From: Octopus sinensis | Taxonomy: Eukaryota | Reading direction: 5' to 3' | DNA length: 64,000 nt | Assembly (NCBI RefSeq): GCF_006345805.1 | Contig: NC_043023.1 | Coordinates: forward strand, 6,014,001-6,078,000 | Shown here: positions 38,646 to 51,529 of the stretch, one piece after another | How the letters are laid out: every line of letters begins with the position of its first letter | Numbering within the stretch: position 1 is the first letter of the stretch | Notes under the pieces: model-generated | Told to the model about the DNA's origin: nothing | Database searches by the model: none | The model's input: only the letters and a program-made list of their open reading frames with translations | Translations under genes and position numbers: made by a program

Positions 38646-39353
38646 AAACCACATATTATACGAAACTTTTAGCAGTGCTTAAATACATGTATTGTGCCCT
38701 TTAAATAAATAATATTTATCTCTCACTAGATGGAGTACTTCTTTTGTTGAATTTTCTATCACAGAACAGTACCTTTTGCTCACTGTGTCTCTTCCCTTTT
38801 TTTCTCACCCTTCCTTAATTCTTCTCTCCCTCTGCCTCTACTTCCCTCTCTTCCCTCCCCACGTGACCGGTATTCAGCCAAGCCCAATCTTTATTTCTTG
38901 ATTCGACTACCATCCGTACAACATCTATATTCCTCCTGTGCCTGTTAAATCTCATGACCCTGCTGTAAGGCTTTACTTCCACACACGCCAGCTTAATTTA
39001 ATTCATCCTTAGTCGAAAGACACTTGTTGTTATATCCTGTTAATTGCATTTGTATTTGTGTACCATTTCTCTGTTTTTTCCGTCCTTGTTTCCGTATACA
39101 TTCGCTGCTTTCTTCCAAGGAATCTAATGCTCTTAGCTTAGTTTTTCCTTGGGGCTGGCCAGATTGGAGCAGACTCAACTATAATCAGCCGAAATTGAGA
39201 AGATAATCTGGGACTTGACTGAGGAAAGAAAACTTCGAATGACCCATCCTTGTTTTCTTTGTATCATCTGTCTGGATGTTTTGTTGTCCCTTTTTTGGAT
39301 CACCTAACTGTCTGAATCTTTTGCTTTCTTGTCCCATTTTTTATTTTATATAT

Positions 39354-39387
<34 letters not shown>

Positions 39388-39483
39388 CTGACTGGCCTGG
39401 TGCAGCCTTCGGGCTTGCCAGACCCCAGTTGAAGCGTCCAACCCATGCTAGCATGGAAAGCGGACGTTAAATGATGATGATGA

Positions 39484-39571
<88 letters not shown>

Positions 39572-39858
39572 AATATAATATGTGACAATTATTCAGTTGC
39601 CATAATAAAATTCCAAGTTTCAGATGTCAGGGCAGAAATCTGCTCTGGCATCTCGTCATGGATTTTTCATTGCATTTTTATTTGTCTTAACAACTGACAA
39701 GATGCCAGAGCAGATTTCTGCCCTGACATCCAAAACTCGGAGTTTTATTATTGCAACCAAATAATTGTCACATATTATATTTACAGATAAATTTCTCTAT
39801 TTACATAATATTAAGGTCTCTTTCTTACTTTTGTTGTCATACTATTACTATTAATATA

Positions 39859-40372
39859 TCTATATATATAAAACTGTAGTTGTGTGAGTGTCTGTCTCCT
39901 ACGATTTAGATTCCTAACTCCTCCCACATTTTGCGGTGCAGTTTAACCAAATTCGGGTATCTTATAGTCGTGATTCATATCGAGCCCGTCTGAGTACTAG
40001 CGCGAGTCTACGATGAGTCTACGATTTTAAAAATAATTTAACATCATTTTTTATTCCATTTTAATGCATAATTTTTCGTGTGTCGATGGCGGTGGAGTTG
40101 GCGTCCACACTCAAACACCTGCACCTGTGTTTGCTTCGCCCCCTTCTTCCCACCTTTGTGAAGCTGTGGGGAAGGGAGTGTAAGGAAATCAACGTCGTAA
40201 TGCGTTGTCAAGGAGACCAGCGTTCTTTTAGAACGACTTCATGGCTTGAAGACACCAAAACAGAAATGGCTAAGAAAGCCCGAATTGGCATCTATAAGGG
40301 AAGTAACTCTCTAAAAATGCTTATATAGTTATTTCCCTTACAAACCCGAGCAACGCCGGGCGATACTGCTAG
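39859..40372 (+). mobile_element. Non-autonomous Helitron
   Basis: A|TCTATATATATAAAA 5' end; 3' hairpin CCCGAGCAACGCCGGG followed by CTAG|T. Confidence 0.75.
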
Positions 40373-41455
40373 TTACATATAAAGAATATGATAGGTATTG
40401 GTGTCAAGAAGACCCAAAATGTATCAGGTAAACGCTAAGTAAGTGGTATGGATAGACCAGGGTTAAGCTCCAGGCTTGATAATGATACGAGTGAGGAGTC
40501 CAACGTGGGTCATGTATTAGCATGCATATATATATAGATGTGGAGGCACAATGGCCCAGTGGTTAGGGCAGCGGACTCGCGGTCGTAGGATCGCGGTTTC
40601 GATTCCCAGACCGGGCGTTGTGAGTGTTTATTGAGCGAAAACACCTAAAGCTCCACGAGGCTCCGGCAGGGGATGGTGGTGATCCCTGCTGTATTCTTTC
40701 ACCACAACTTTCTCTTACTTCCTGTTTCTGTTGTACCTGTATTTCAAGGGGCCGGCCTTGTCACTCTCTGTGTCACGCTGAATATCCCCGAGAATTACGT
40801 TAAGGGTACACGTGTCTGTGGAGTGCTCAGCCACTTACACGTTAATTTCACGAGCAGGCTGTTCCGTTGATTCGGATCAACCGGAACCCTCGTCGTTGTA
40901 ACCGACGGAGTGCTTCCATCCATATATAGATAGGGTGACCTGCTGTGCTTGAAAAGACCGATCGAGTCAAGTACGTCAATATCAAAATGAAAGTCAAATG
41001 GAAATTGTAGTTGTGATACCCGTGCCAGTGACACGTATAAGGCACCATCCGAACATGACCGATGCCAGCGCCGCCTTGACTGGTGTCCGTGCTGGTGACA
41101 TGTAAAAAGCACCAACAGATTATGGACGTTGCCAGCCTCCTCTGGCCCCTGTGCTGGTGGCACATAAAAAGTACCCACTACACTTACGGAGTGGTTGGCG
41201 TTAGGAAGGGCATCCAGCTGTAGAAATACTGCCAGATCAGACTGGAGCCTGGTGCATCCACCCGGCTTCCCAGACCCCAGTTGAACCGTCCAACCTATGC
41301 TAGCATGGAAAACGGATGTTAAATGATGATGATGATGATGATATATATAAACAGACAAACAGACAGATAGATAGATATATTAAGGTTTCTTTCAAGATTG
41401 GCCAACTGGTGGGAGAATAAGACATGATGGAGCGAGGATGCACTTTACAGATCAC

Positions 41456-41498
<43 letters not shown>

Positions 41499-42146
41499 TC
41501 ATAAGATAATTATTTAGTTATTTGTCTTTATGATTTCCTATTACTGCTCTGTACTTCATAAACACCTTATTCTCAAGTGTATGTAATCTGTGTTGTAACA
41601 TCAGGTCACTAGTATCGCAATAGGCATAGGAGTGGCTGTGTGGTAAGAAGCTTGCTTACCAACCACATGGTTCCGGGTTCAGTCCCACTACATGGCACCT
41701 TGGCAAGTGTCTTCTTCTATAATCTCAGGCCGAAACTCAGAGTTTTATTAGTGCAACCGAATAATTATCACATATTATATTACAGATAAATTCCTCTATT
41801 GACATAATATCAAATCCCACCAAAGCCTTGTGAGTGGATTTGGTAGACGGAAACTAAAAGAAGCCTGTCGTATATATGTATATATATATATATGTATGCA
41901 TGCGTGTGTTTGTATGTCTGTGTTTGTCCTCCAAACATCGCTTGACAACCGATGCTGGTGTGTTTACGTCCCTGTCACTTAACGGTTCAGCAAGAGAGAT
42001 CGATAGAATAAGTACTAGGCTTACAACGAATAAGTCCTGGGGTCGATTTGATTCGACTAAAGGTGGTGCTCCAGCATGGCCGCAGTGAAATGACTGAAAC
42101 GAATAAAAGAATATGTATGAGTACCTCGTCTTTTGTCTACTTTCAG

Positions 42147-42249
42147 GGCAGCCTAAAGACCACCAGATTCAAATCCTCAGTGCAAGCCCTAAAGAGATGG
42201 TCTTTCTGAAGGGAGACACAGTGAAGCTGGAGTGTATATTTGGTGGACA
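42147..42249 (+). CDS. Cassette B exon: Ig3 N-half (QPKDHQIQILSASPKEMVFLKGDTVKLECIFGG)
   Basis: ctttcag acceptor, gtgagt donor, 103 nt. Confidence 0.9.
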
Positions 42250-43877
42250 GTGAGTTCAATTCTGTTTCATTCCTTTTATCCCATAGACCTCTTTCCGCAT
42301 CACTATTATTGACACAACAGCCAGCATTCTTTAACCACCACCTGCACTATACTCACGCTACAACCACCATTATCTTTATGCTACTACCAACACCATCACC
42401 ACTACCACTACCAACACCACCACCACCACGAAATGCATTACACCATAATATTAACACACACCTCAACCATCCACCCATCAACCCACCCAGCAACAGCACT
42501 ACCATCCATGCACTACCACCAATACCATCATCTATACATGACAACCTCCAACAATATACATTCCATTGCCATCATTAACAGCATCTGACCCCTTTATATC
42601 CAAGGGGCTTTTTTGAGATAATATTCTATATGCTTATTATTTGTAGTTCTATCTACTTCAAGTCCCATGATAAAAATGAATAATTTGATTAAAATAATTT
42701 TTAAATCAGAAACTAATTCATGTTAGGTGATTTACGATTGCAGTTTTTTGGTTTTTATTTAAATATATAATATTTGTATTTTGAGCTTGTCTTTTTATTT
42801 GGTAGGGTTGTTATGCCAATAATAATAATAAACACATGCACTGATTCAGTATCACTTCTTTATTGTTAACCAACTGGTTAATTACACTGTGTAAGAAAAT
42901 TTTGATTTTTTTTTTTTGGCTTTGGTTAGTAACTATTATTTCCTATTTGCTTCTATCTAAAAATCAAAGAAAATGACAACTTTTCCTTCCAAACTTTCCT
43001 TTTGTGACCTGGTCATCAATGATTTTAAACTGACCTATTTTCCATTACATTTCAGACAGATTCAGCACTGAGGTGCTGAAGCAGAAATATCGTTATAGCA
43101 AATATTCTGCTCAACACCACAGAATTGCTGGTCAGTTGCTTGACCTTAACCACTTGAGCATGTTCCTTAGTGGCTGACAATATATGCATCTCTGATGATG
43201 AACAGGAGCAGTGGAGGAGCATCATAGCCATGTGTTGGGAGGGGTTCTTTGGGGTTTGAATAAATATCATAGCAAGAGCAGGGCTTGAAGGAAATATCAA
43301 CCATTTTTCATACTTTCTAGGAGTAAGCAAATAGGAAGTAACAGTTGCTACCCAAGGTCAAGAATTATGTTACACAGTGTTACATAGGCGCAGGAGTGGC
43401 TGTGTGGTAAGTAGCTTGCTAACCAGCCACATGGTTCTGGGTTCAGTCCCACTGTGTGGCATCTTGGGCAAGTGTCTTCTGCTATAGCCCCGGGCCGACC
43501 AATGCCTTGTGAGTGGATTTGGTAGATGAAAACTGAAAGAAGCCTGTCGTATATATGTATATATATATATGTGTTTGTGTGTGTGTGTGTTTGCGTGTCT
43601 ATGTTTGTTCCCCACAACATTGCTTGACAACCGATGCTGGTGTGTTTATGTCCCCGTTACTTAGCGGTTTGGCAAAAGAGAACGATAGAATAAGTACTGG
43701 GCTTACAAAAGAATAAGTCCCGGGGTCGAGTTGCTCGATTAAAGGCGGTGCTCCAGCATGGCCGCAGTCAAATGACTGAAACAAGTAAAAAGAATAAAAA
43801 AAGAGTATTCAAAGTGTATAAGATATTATATTTACTTTTAACACTCATTCTCGATGTTTTTTTTCTCTCATTCCCAG

Positions 43878-44071
43878 TCCGACACCAAAGATCAGGTGGT
43901 ACCGAAATGGCAAATCGATACATCCGAATACAAAGTATGCATTTTCTAAATTTAATCATCAGCTGGATATTCGGGATGCTGGGTTTGAGGATGAGGGAGA
44001 TTACGAGTGCCATGCAAGTGAAAGGAGCTCTGGTCAGATATTGCAACACACCATGAGAGTGGAGATTGGAT
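43878..44071 (+). CDS. Cassette B exon: Ig3 C-half (PTPKIRWYRNGKSIH...RVEIG)
   Basis: ttcccag acceptor, gtaagc donor, 194 nt; 4 nt different from 8319-8512. Confidence 0.92.
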
Positions 44072-44824
44072 GTAAGCCTGAATAAGTATTCCGCTATTCT
44101 TTTATTCTTTTACTGGCTTCAGTCTTTGAACTATGGCCATGCTGGGGCATTATCTTAAAGGTATTTAATTGATTGTATCAACTTGGATAACTGTAGACTT
44201 GATAAGTATTTGTATATATTCATGTGTAAGTATATATATTAGCATCATTCAGCGTCCAGTGTCCATGCTGGCATGGGTTGGATGGTTTGACCAGGGCTGG
44301 CAAACTGGAAGGCTGTACCAGACTCTAGTTTTTGCATGGTTTCTACAGTTGGATACCCATCCTAATGCCAACCATTCCAAGAGTGTAATGGGTGTTTTTT
44401 ATATGCCTCCAGCAAGGGTGCCATTTGTGTGGCACCAGTATCTGTCACAATTATGATTTCACTTGGCTTGATGGGTCTTCCTCTCAAGCACAACATATTG
44501 CCAAAGGTATTGGTCATGTGTGTGTGTGTGTGTGTGTGTGTGCTTGTTCATTCTCAAGCCATGCCTAGCACATAGGGCCAGTTTCCCGGTTTCCTTGGTG
44601 TATAGGTTCCCCACCTGGACGGGACACCGGTCCGTCACAGGTGAGCTGCAAGATGCAGGAGGAAAGAGTGAGAGAAAGTTGTGGCAAAAGAGTCATTACC
44701 TGCTGCCGGAGCCGTGTGGAGTTTAGGTGTTTCACTCATAAACACACACATCACCCGGTTTGAGATTCGAACCCACGATCCCTCAACCACGAGTTCACTG
44801 CTCTAACCACTACGCCATGTGCCT

Positions 44825-44858
<34 letters not shown>

Positions 44859-45305
44859 GTATATGTGAAGAGTCTATGATGGAGCGAGCACATTCCAGCT
44901 AAAAATAAACAGTGGTCACATATAAGATCAAATTGAAAAGACAATTCTGAAAGTCTGTAGTTCCTAACCTACTCTGTGAAATCAGTGGCTGCAAATATAT
45001 GCCTTACACAGGCCTGGTGAGCAACCAGAGAAGCCTCACCTATTGCAAAAATCTTTCTTGCTGGAGCCAATTTGACATGCATCGTTTGCCAGAAAAGGTG
45101 TATAAATAATTCAGAAAATCATAAGAATCATCTTGAACAATCAAGAAGTCAGACGAATCTGTATGATATTCGGATCTGCAACAAGTTCTGTAAGTTAATG
45201 GGAGGATTCATGAGCCACTGTCATTCTTGTCACATGGCACACATTATTTAGTCACCCTTGGTCATACTCATTTAATGAGTCAACAACCATCATTCATTCA
45301 TTCAT

Positions 45306-45355
<50 letters not shown>

Positions 45356-45749
45356 TAACAGTCATGTGTATCCCACAAGTAACGTCAGTCACCTATTGAT
45401 GAGACGTTTGTGTTTTCCACAGTTATTACAAAGTAGCACTGGTTTCATACGTACATACGTAAATTATTATTATTATTATGGCTGCCCCCTCGTTATCGAG
45501 TATGGCCATTGCACGAAGCTTAACTGTTACTGGTGCTGTGACCGAATGCGACTTCTTAGCCCAGCTAAAGATCTACAATGTCTTGTACAAAATTGGCAAC
45601 TAAAACCTTTACCGGTAATAGCCGGCTGTAGTTGTAACTGGGCTTCATGTACCTTTGCATGTCGTTCAAGTCCTCCTACCGAATTACACATACATACATA
45701 CATATATACCTAAGAAAAAGGGGGCAATCAGAATTTTGGATAATTGTTA

Positions 45750-46450
45750 ATTAGCATTTTTGTCCATCCAACAGAACTCTTCAGATATTTTGCATAGAAA
45801 ATTTCTTTGGCTTTTATACAAACCGAAAAGATGTTGTTTTGTTTTGTTTTGTTTAGGAGAAAGAGAAAAGAGGAAGAGAGAAAGGAGAGGAGGAGAGATA
45901 GGAAGACAGAAAATACAACACCTTACATGGGTGAAGACCTTCTTTAGCCTGGGGTGCCAGTGTTTTTCCTTTCCTGACCCACTGTCTTCGGTGCTTGACA
46001 TTTTTATAGAAAACCTACTTCTTGTCACCAATCCCTATTCATTTCAAAATAGGTTCATTTATGAGAGGTGACAGCAAAGAAGAGCATCTGAGCGTGATTA
46101 GACTCGGGAAGTTTGTGAGGAACCCATTGAGCCAATTTGCTGACTTTTCTGATGGTATGCAGGTGTTGATGAATGGTTGAATGACCAAATCCAAGTTTCT
46201 CTGCTAGTTTCTCAACAGTTACAATGGGATTTTGTTCCATGGATTTGCAGAATGTCCTGGTTGAGCTCTACAGATCTTCCAGGACGTGGCTCATCTTCTA
46301 GGCTGTAGTTTCCAGCTTGGAGCTTCTGGAACTACCGTTGACACTGGCTTACACTTATTGTCTGATCCCCATATACTGCATTAACATTCCTCACACTTTC
46401 TTTTGTGTTGTTGTCTTTATTGAACTCATAAAGCAAATTATGCGGAATAT
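45750..46450 (-). mobile_element. Mariner transposase remnant
   Basis: LAEKLGFGHSTIHQHL..KVSKLAQWVPHKL (WVPHEL motif) and degenerate GDEKWVFY..GLHP.KV. Confidence 0.8.
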
Positions 46451-46786
46451 GCTCCTTTATCCATTGTTAGGCTGTCAGTAATTACAAGATAATATATACA
46501 TAGGACTGAGTATGCGTGCATGGTTTTATTCTGTTGTAGAATGCAGTGTTGGTGCTGTCAATATCTAAGCAAGCATATCTGACTTTAACATTGTGTGTGT
46601 TAAAAGTTCTATGTTATGAGATTTAGGGGAATATCATCTAAATATAGACAGCACCAAAGAAATAGGAGGGAGAACAAGTTAGAAGATAGGGTGATTGTGT
46701 GATAACACAATAATTGTTATAGCTGTTGTTGTTGTTGTTGATTTTGTTGGTATTACAGTTGTTTTTGTTAATTTTGTGTGTTTCAG

Positions 46787-46921
46787 CTAAACCTGAATGG
46801 ACCACAAAACCAAAAAGTATTGTGGTCAGTGATGGCAGTTCAGCTACCTTCATCTGTAATGGAACCAGCAAACCTCCCATCAGTAAACACTTGTGGTACA
46901 TCAATGGCATAGATATTCACC
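46787..46921 (+). CDS. Cassette B exon: Ig4 N-half (KPEWTTKPKSIVVSDGSSATFICNGTSKPPISKHLWYINGIDIH)
   Basis: gtttcag acceptor, gtaagt donor, 135 nt. Confidence 0.9.
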
Positions 46922-47351
46922 GTAAGTAGTGACACTGATGATGAGATGATGATGATGATGTATATGTGTATACTGTTGACATTCGAAAATCCAATTCCTT
47001 CAGATTTCTGGCATGGATTTCAAATTTACCAGGTTAAAATTCTGAGGATCTATTTTATTTAGCTGAATCAAAATTCTGTAGAACTATTTTATTTAGCTGA
47101 ATCAAAATTCTGTAGAACTATTTTATTTAGCTAGTGAATATTAAAATTTCATTTGCTTTTCACTTAATGTTTAATTTTCTTTCTTTAAAGGACTGTACAG
47201 GTAGTAATTTTCTGTTAAATATATACAGCATATATAACCATAAAAAGTCCAGAATTTTTGAAAATTTGGCACTCCTCAGGTCCAGATGTTGCTGGATTTT
47301 TGAATGTCAACCTGTATTTGAGTGTGTGCGTATGCATAACTTTGGGTAGAT

Positions 47352-49790
47352 ATAGCAGGTTGAATCAAAAGCTTTTTCAGATTTTTGGCAACTTATACCT
47401 CCAAGTTATATCACTAATTTGATACAATCATTGCTTATTCTTTATTCTTATATGTAACAAAAATTAATTGCTTATTCTTTGTTTTACAACTTTAACAATG
47501 AGTGGGAACAAAAATTACAATTAGAGCCATTTTATGGGACCTGTGGAAAATAGACTGAGGGCAAGGACAGCATCAAAAGAAATTACTGATGTGGAAAGCC
47601 CAGAAACTGTCAACAATTGCATAGCACAAAACTGGTTCAGATATATCAAGGAAGGTGAAACCATCCCTAAAAACAAACCAAGGTCAAGGAGACATTCTGT
47701 TGTGAAAGGTGAGGCCTTGTTTGGAATCACTGAACAGCAACCAAGCACAAGTACTCATATATTGTCTGCAGAACTTGGTCTGTCATAAACAACTCCATAA
47801 ATTCAGCCTTGTGAACAGATGCTTTTGAGAACCACCTCATGAACTGACCAATGACCAAACTCAACAGTGTGTGAATATTTACAAACATCTAAACGTGGCT
47901 GTTGCCAGTGCCGTCCCAACTGGCCTCCGTGCCGGTGGCACGTTAAAAGCACCATCCGATCGTGGCCGTTTGCCAGCCTCGTCTGGCACTTGTGTCAGTA
48001 GCACGTAAAAAGCACCCACTACACTCATGGAGTGGTTGGCATTAGGAAGGGCATCCAGCTGTAGAAACTCTACCAGATCAGACTGGAGCCTGGTGCAGCC
48101 TCCGGGCTTCCCAGACCCCGTTGAACCGTCCAACCCATGCTAGCATGGAAAGCGGACGCTAAACGATGATGATGATGATGATGATGATGAACCATGGGTA
48201 AATCCGTGTGATGCCCATTCTAAGTTGTTTTTTTTTGTTTTTGTTTTGCTGTGTGGAGAGAAAGTAGAAATGACCAGTTATACTGAACATGTTTGATGAC
48301 ATAAAAGACACTTTTTTTATCCAAAAATGTCTCCAAAAAATCACCCTGGCTCCTATATACAAAGTTAGGCCTATACTTAGATTCTTGAACGCAGTGAACT
48401 GGCAGAATGTTAGTATGCTGGGCAAAATGCTTAGCAGTATTTTGTCTGTCTTTATGCTCTGATTGCAACTCATCATCATCATCACTGTTTAACGTCCGCT
48501 TTCCATGCTAGCATGGGTTGGACGATTTTGACTGAGGGCTGGTGAACCAGATGGCTGTACCAAGCTCCAATCTTGATTTGGCAGAGTTTCTACAGCTGGA
48601 TGCCCTTCCTAATGCCAACCACACCTAGTGGGTGCTTTTTACCTAGTGGCACGGGGGCCAGTCAGGCGGTTCTGGCAACGACCTCACTTGAATCTTTTTA
48701 CACATGCCACTGGCACAGGTGCCAGTAAGGCAATGCTGGTAACGATCATGCTCAAAAGGTGCCTCCTACATGCCACTGGCACGGAAACCAGTTAGTCGTT
48801 CTGGCAACGATCATGCTCGGATGGTGCTCTTAGCACACTACTAGCACGGGCACAAGTGCCAGTAAGGCAACGCTGGTAACGATCACACTCGAATGGTGCC
48901 TTTTATGTGCCACTGGCATGGAAGCCGGTTAGCCACTCTGTCAACGATCACGCTTCTATGGTGCTCTTTGCACCCCGCTAGTATGGACGCCAGTCATCGA
49001 ATGTGATTTTGATTTCACTTGCCTCAACAGGTATTCGCAAGCAGAGTTTAGTATCCAAGGAAGGAAAGGGTACGCATAAGCGGGTTGGTTACACTCCTGG
49101 CATGGGCCACAGGTTATGGTCTCACTTGGGCTTGCCGGGTCTTCGCAAGCACAGCATATTTCCAAAAGTCTCAGTCGCTAGTCATTTCCTCAGTGAGACC
49201 TGAAAAATGTATCTATTTTTGAATCCTAATAAGAGAAATCAGTGGTTTCATTACAGCAAGACATCAGAATCTGTTGTTTAACAGGCGGTCATTTTCTGTG
49301 TTTGGTGGAATTTCAAGGTGGTATTGTCCCAGATGGTCATGCTGTGAATGCTAACCTTTATGCTCAACAACTGCAGTGAATATATGATACTTTGAAACCT
49401 GCAACCTAGCATTACTCATTCAAAGATGTGCACTTCTATAGCATAACAATGCTCCAGCACACACTTCCAATATAACCAAGTGCAAACTTGAGGGGGGTGA
49501 AAGGGTGGTCTCACCCAGCCTACAGTCAAGCCCTTGCACCACCAGATTACCATCTTTTTAGAGCCATAGCTCACTTCCTGCTCAGACAAAGGCTAAACAA
49601 AGCAGATGAGGTTGAAAAGGAGTGTGGGGAGTTTTGGTCTCTAAACTAAGCAAATGGTTGAAGTGTTGAGCTGAGCTTCTGGTACGACGATAGCAACTGA
49701 CAATTGAATATGATGGCAAATATTTTGATGAATAGATGCATTTCATATGAAATTTGTTTCAACTATTAATTAAAGTTTGAAATACAGAAA
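47352..49790 (+). mobile_element. Mariner remnant split by SINE insertions (N-terminal part 47352-47870, C-terminal part 49200-49790)
   Basis: AQNWFR..KPRS HTH region; CVWWNFK and HPAYSQALAPPDYHLFRA (YSPDL/D34D motif); continuity of the two halves is inferred. Confidence 0.65.
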
Positions 49791-49892
49791 AACTTTTATT
49801 TTAATGATTGGTATCTCTCTCTCTCTCTCATTGTATATTTGTGTATGTGTAAGTGTATATATATATATATATATAGCTTCTATATATATAGC

Positions 49893-49944
<52 letters not shown>

Positions 49945-50095
49945 AAAAAATGAAGTTCGAAAATGCTGCTATATTATACAATTTTTAATTTTTATATATA
50001 CATTATAACATGTTTCAGTTCCTGAAATGAACCTTATCAAAAAAAGTTATATATAAAAAAAGACATATATATATATACATACATACATACATACA

Positions 50096-50131
<36 letters not shown>

Positions 50132-50375
50132 TATGGTTCGCTTTGTTCTCTTACTTTATTATCATCTTATAATCATCTCATAATAATAACTTTTATGACT
50201 TTTATTACTACCTCAGTCCATCTAAATGTATATATTTGTCGTTACCTTTCATAAAAAGCCTTTTTATACTTTTATTTACAATGTGCATTTTCGTTGATTT
50301 TTCATATTTTACCCTTACATTTCCATGTGTATCTTATATTTTCTTTTTGTAACATATTTCTACTATATATATATG

Positions 50376-50470
<95 letters not shown>

Positions 50471-50652
50471 AATTGAGTATACAAACAAAAGTAGGACACT
50501 CAACACATTTATTGAGAGTTACATGTATAGATCAAAGCAGTTTGATTCAAACTCCTTGGCTACTCTGAGTTTCAAGCATGATAGCCAACAGCTGAGAATT
50601 AGCATCACATCTTGAAACTCAGAGTACCAAAGAGTTTGAATCAAACTGTTTG

Positions 50653-50735
<83 letters not shown>

Positions 50736-50787
50736 CTTACATACATGTGGACACTCACACATATGTATATACTCTTTACTTTTGCAG

Positions 50788-50931
50788 AATATCCCAATAA
50801 CAATAAGTTTATAGTAAGGAAGACCAACCTGACTGTCATCAACCTCACATACCAAGATTCCATGACCATCCAGTGTAATATCAGTAATATCCATGGGTAT
50901 ATCTTCGCTAATGTCTTTCTAAATGTCTTCG
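50788..50931 (+). CDS. Cassette B exon: Ig4 C-half (YPNNNKFIVRKTNLTVINLTYQDSMTIQCNISNIHGYIFANVFLNVF)
   Basis: ttttgcag acceptor, gtgagt donor, 144 nt. Confidence 0.92.
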
Positions 50932-51481
50932 GTGAGTATTGAACCTGGCACACTCTGATACATCAGGCATTCATTCCCCTTTTTATATTCTGTTTCCTAC
51001 AACTATATGTCAACACACACTACACACTACACCACCACTACGAACAACAACAACAGCAACGACAAACACCACCACCACTACCACCATCACCTCCACCACA
51101 CACCACCACTATCACCACCTCAAACTTGTGTACATTGGTGTCTGTGTGTCACCTTGTGTGTTTGCCTTACATTCTTCAAGGGTGGATAAATTCAGTACCA
51201 GTTACATACTAGGGCCAACGCAGTTCACTAATCCGCACTCCTCAAAAATCCTGGGCTTCTCCCCAAATCAGAAAATATTATTCAAGGTAGCAAGCTCACG
51301 TGGTAATTGTTACAAGTCTTTAGATTCTAAGTTCAAATCCTACCACAGTCATCTTTGCCTTTTATCAATTCAGAATCAATAAACATAGAGTACCAGTAAA
51401 CTACTGAGGCTGATGTAATCCACTTACCCCTCCCCTCAAAATTGCAGGCTTTATGCTAAAATTAGCAAGAAATATTATTGC

Positions 51482-51529
<48 letters not shown>

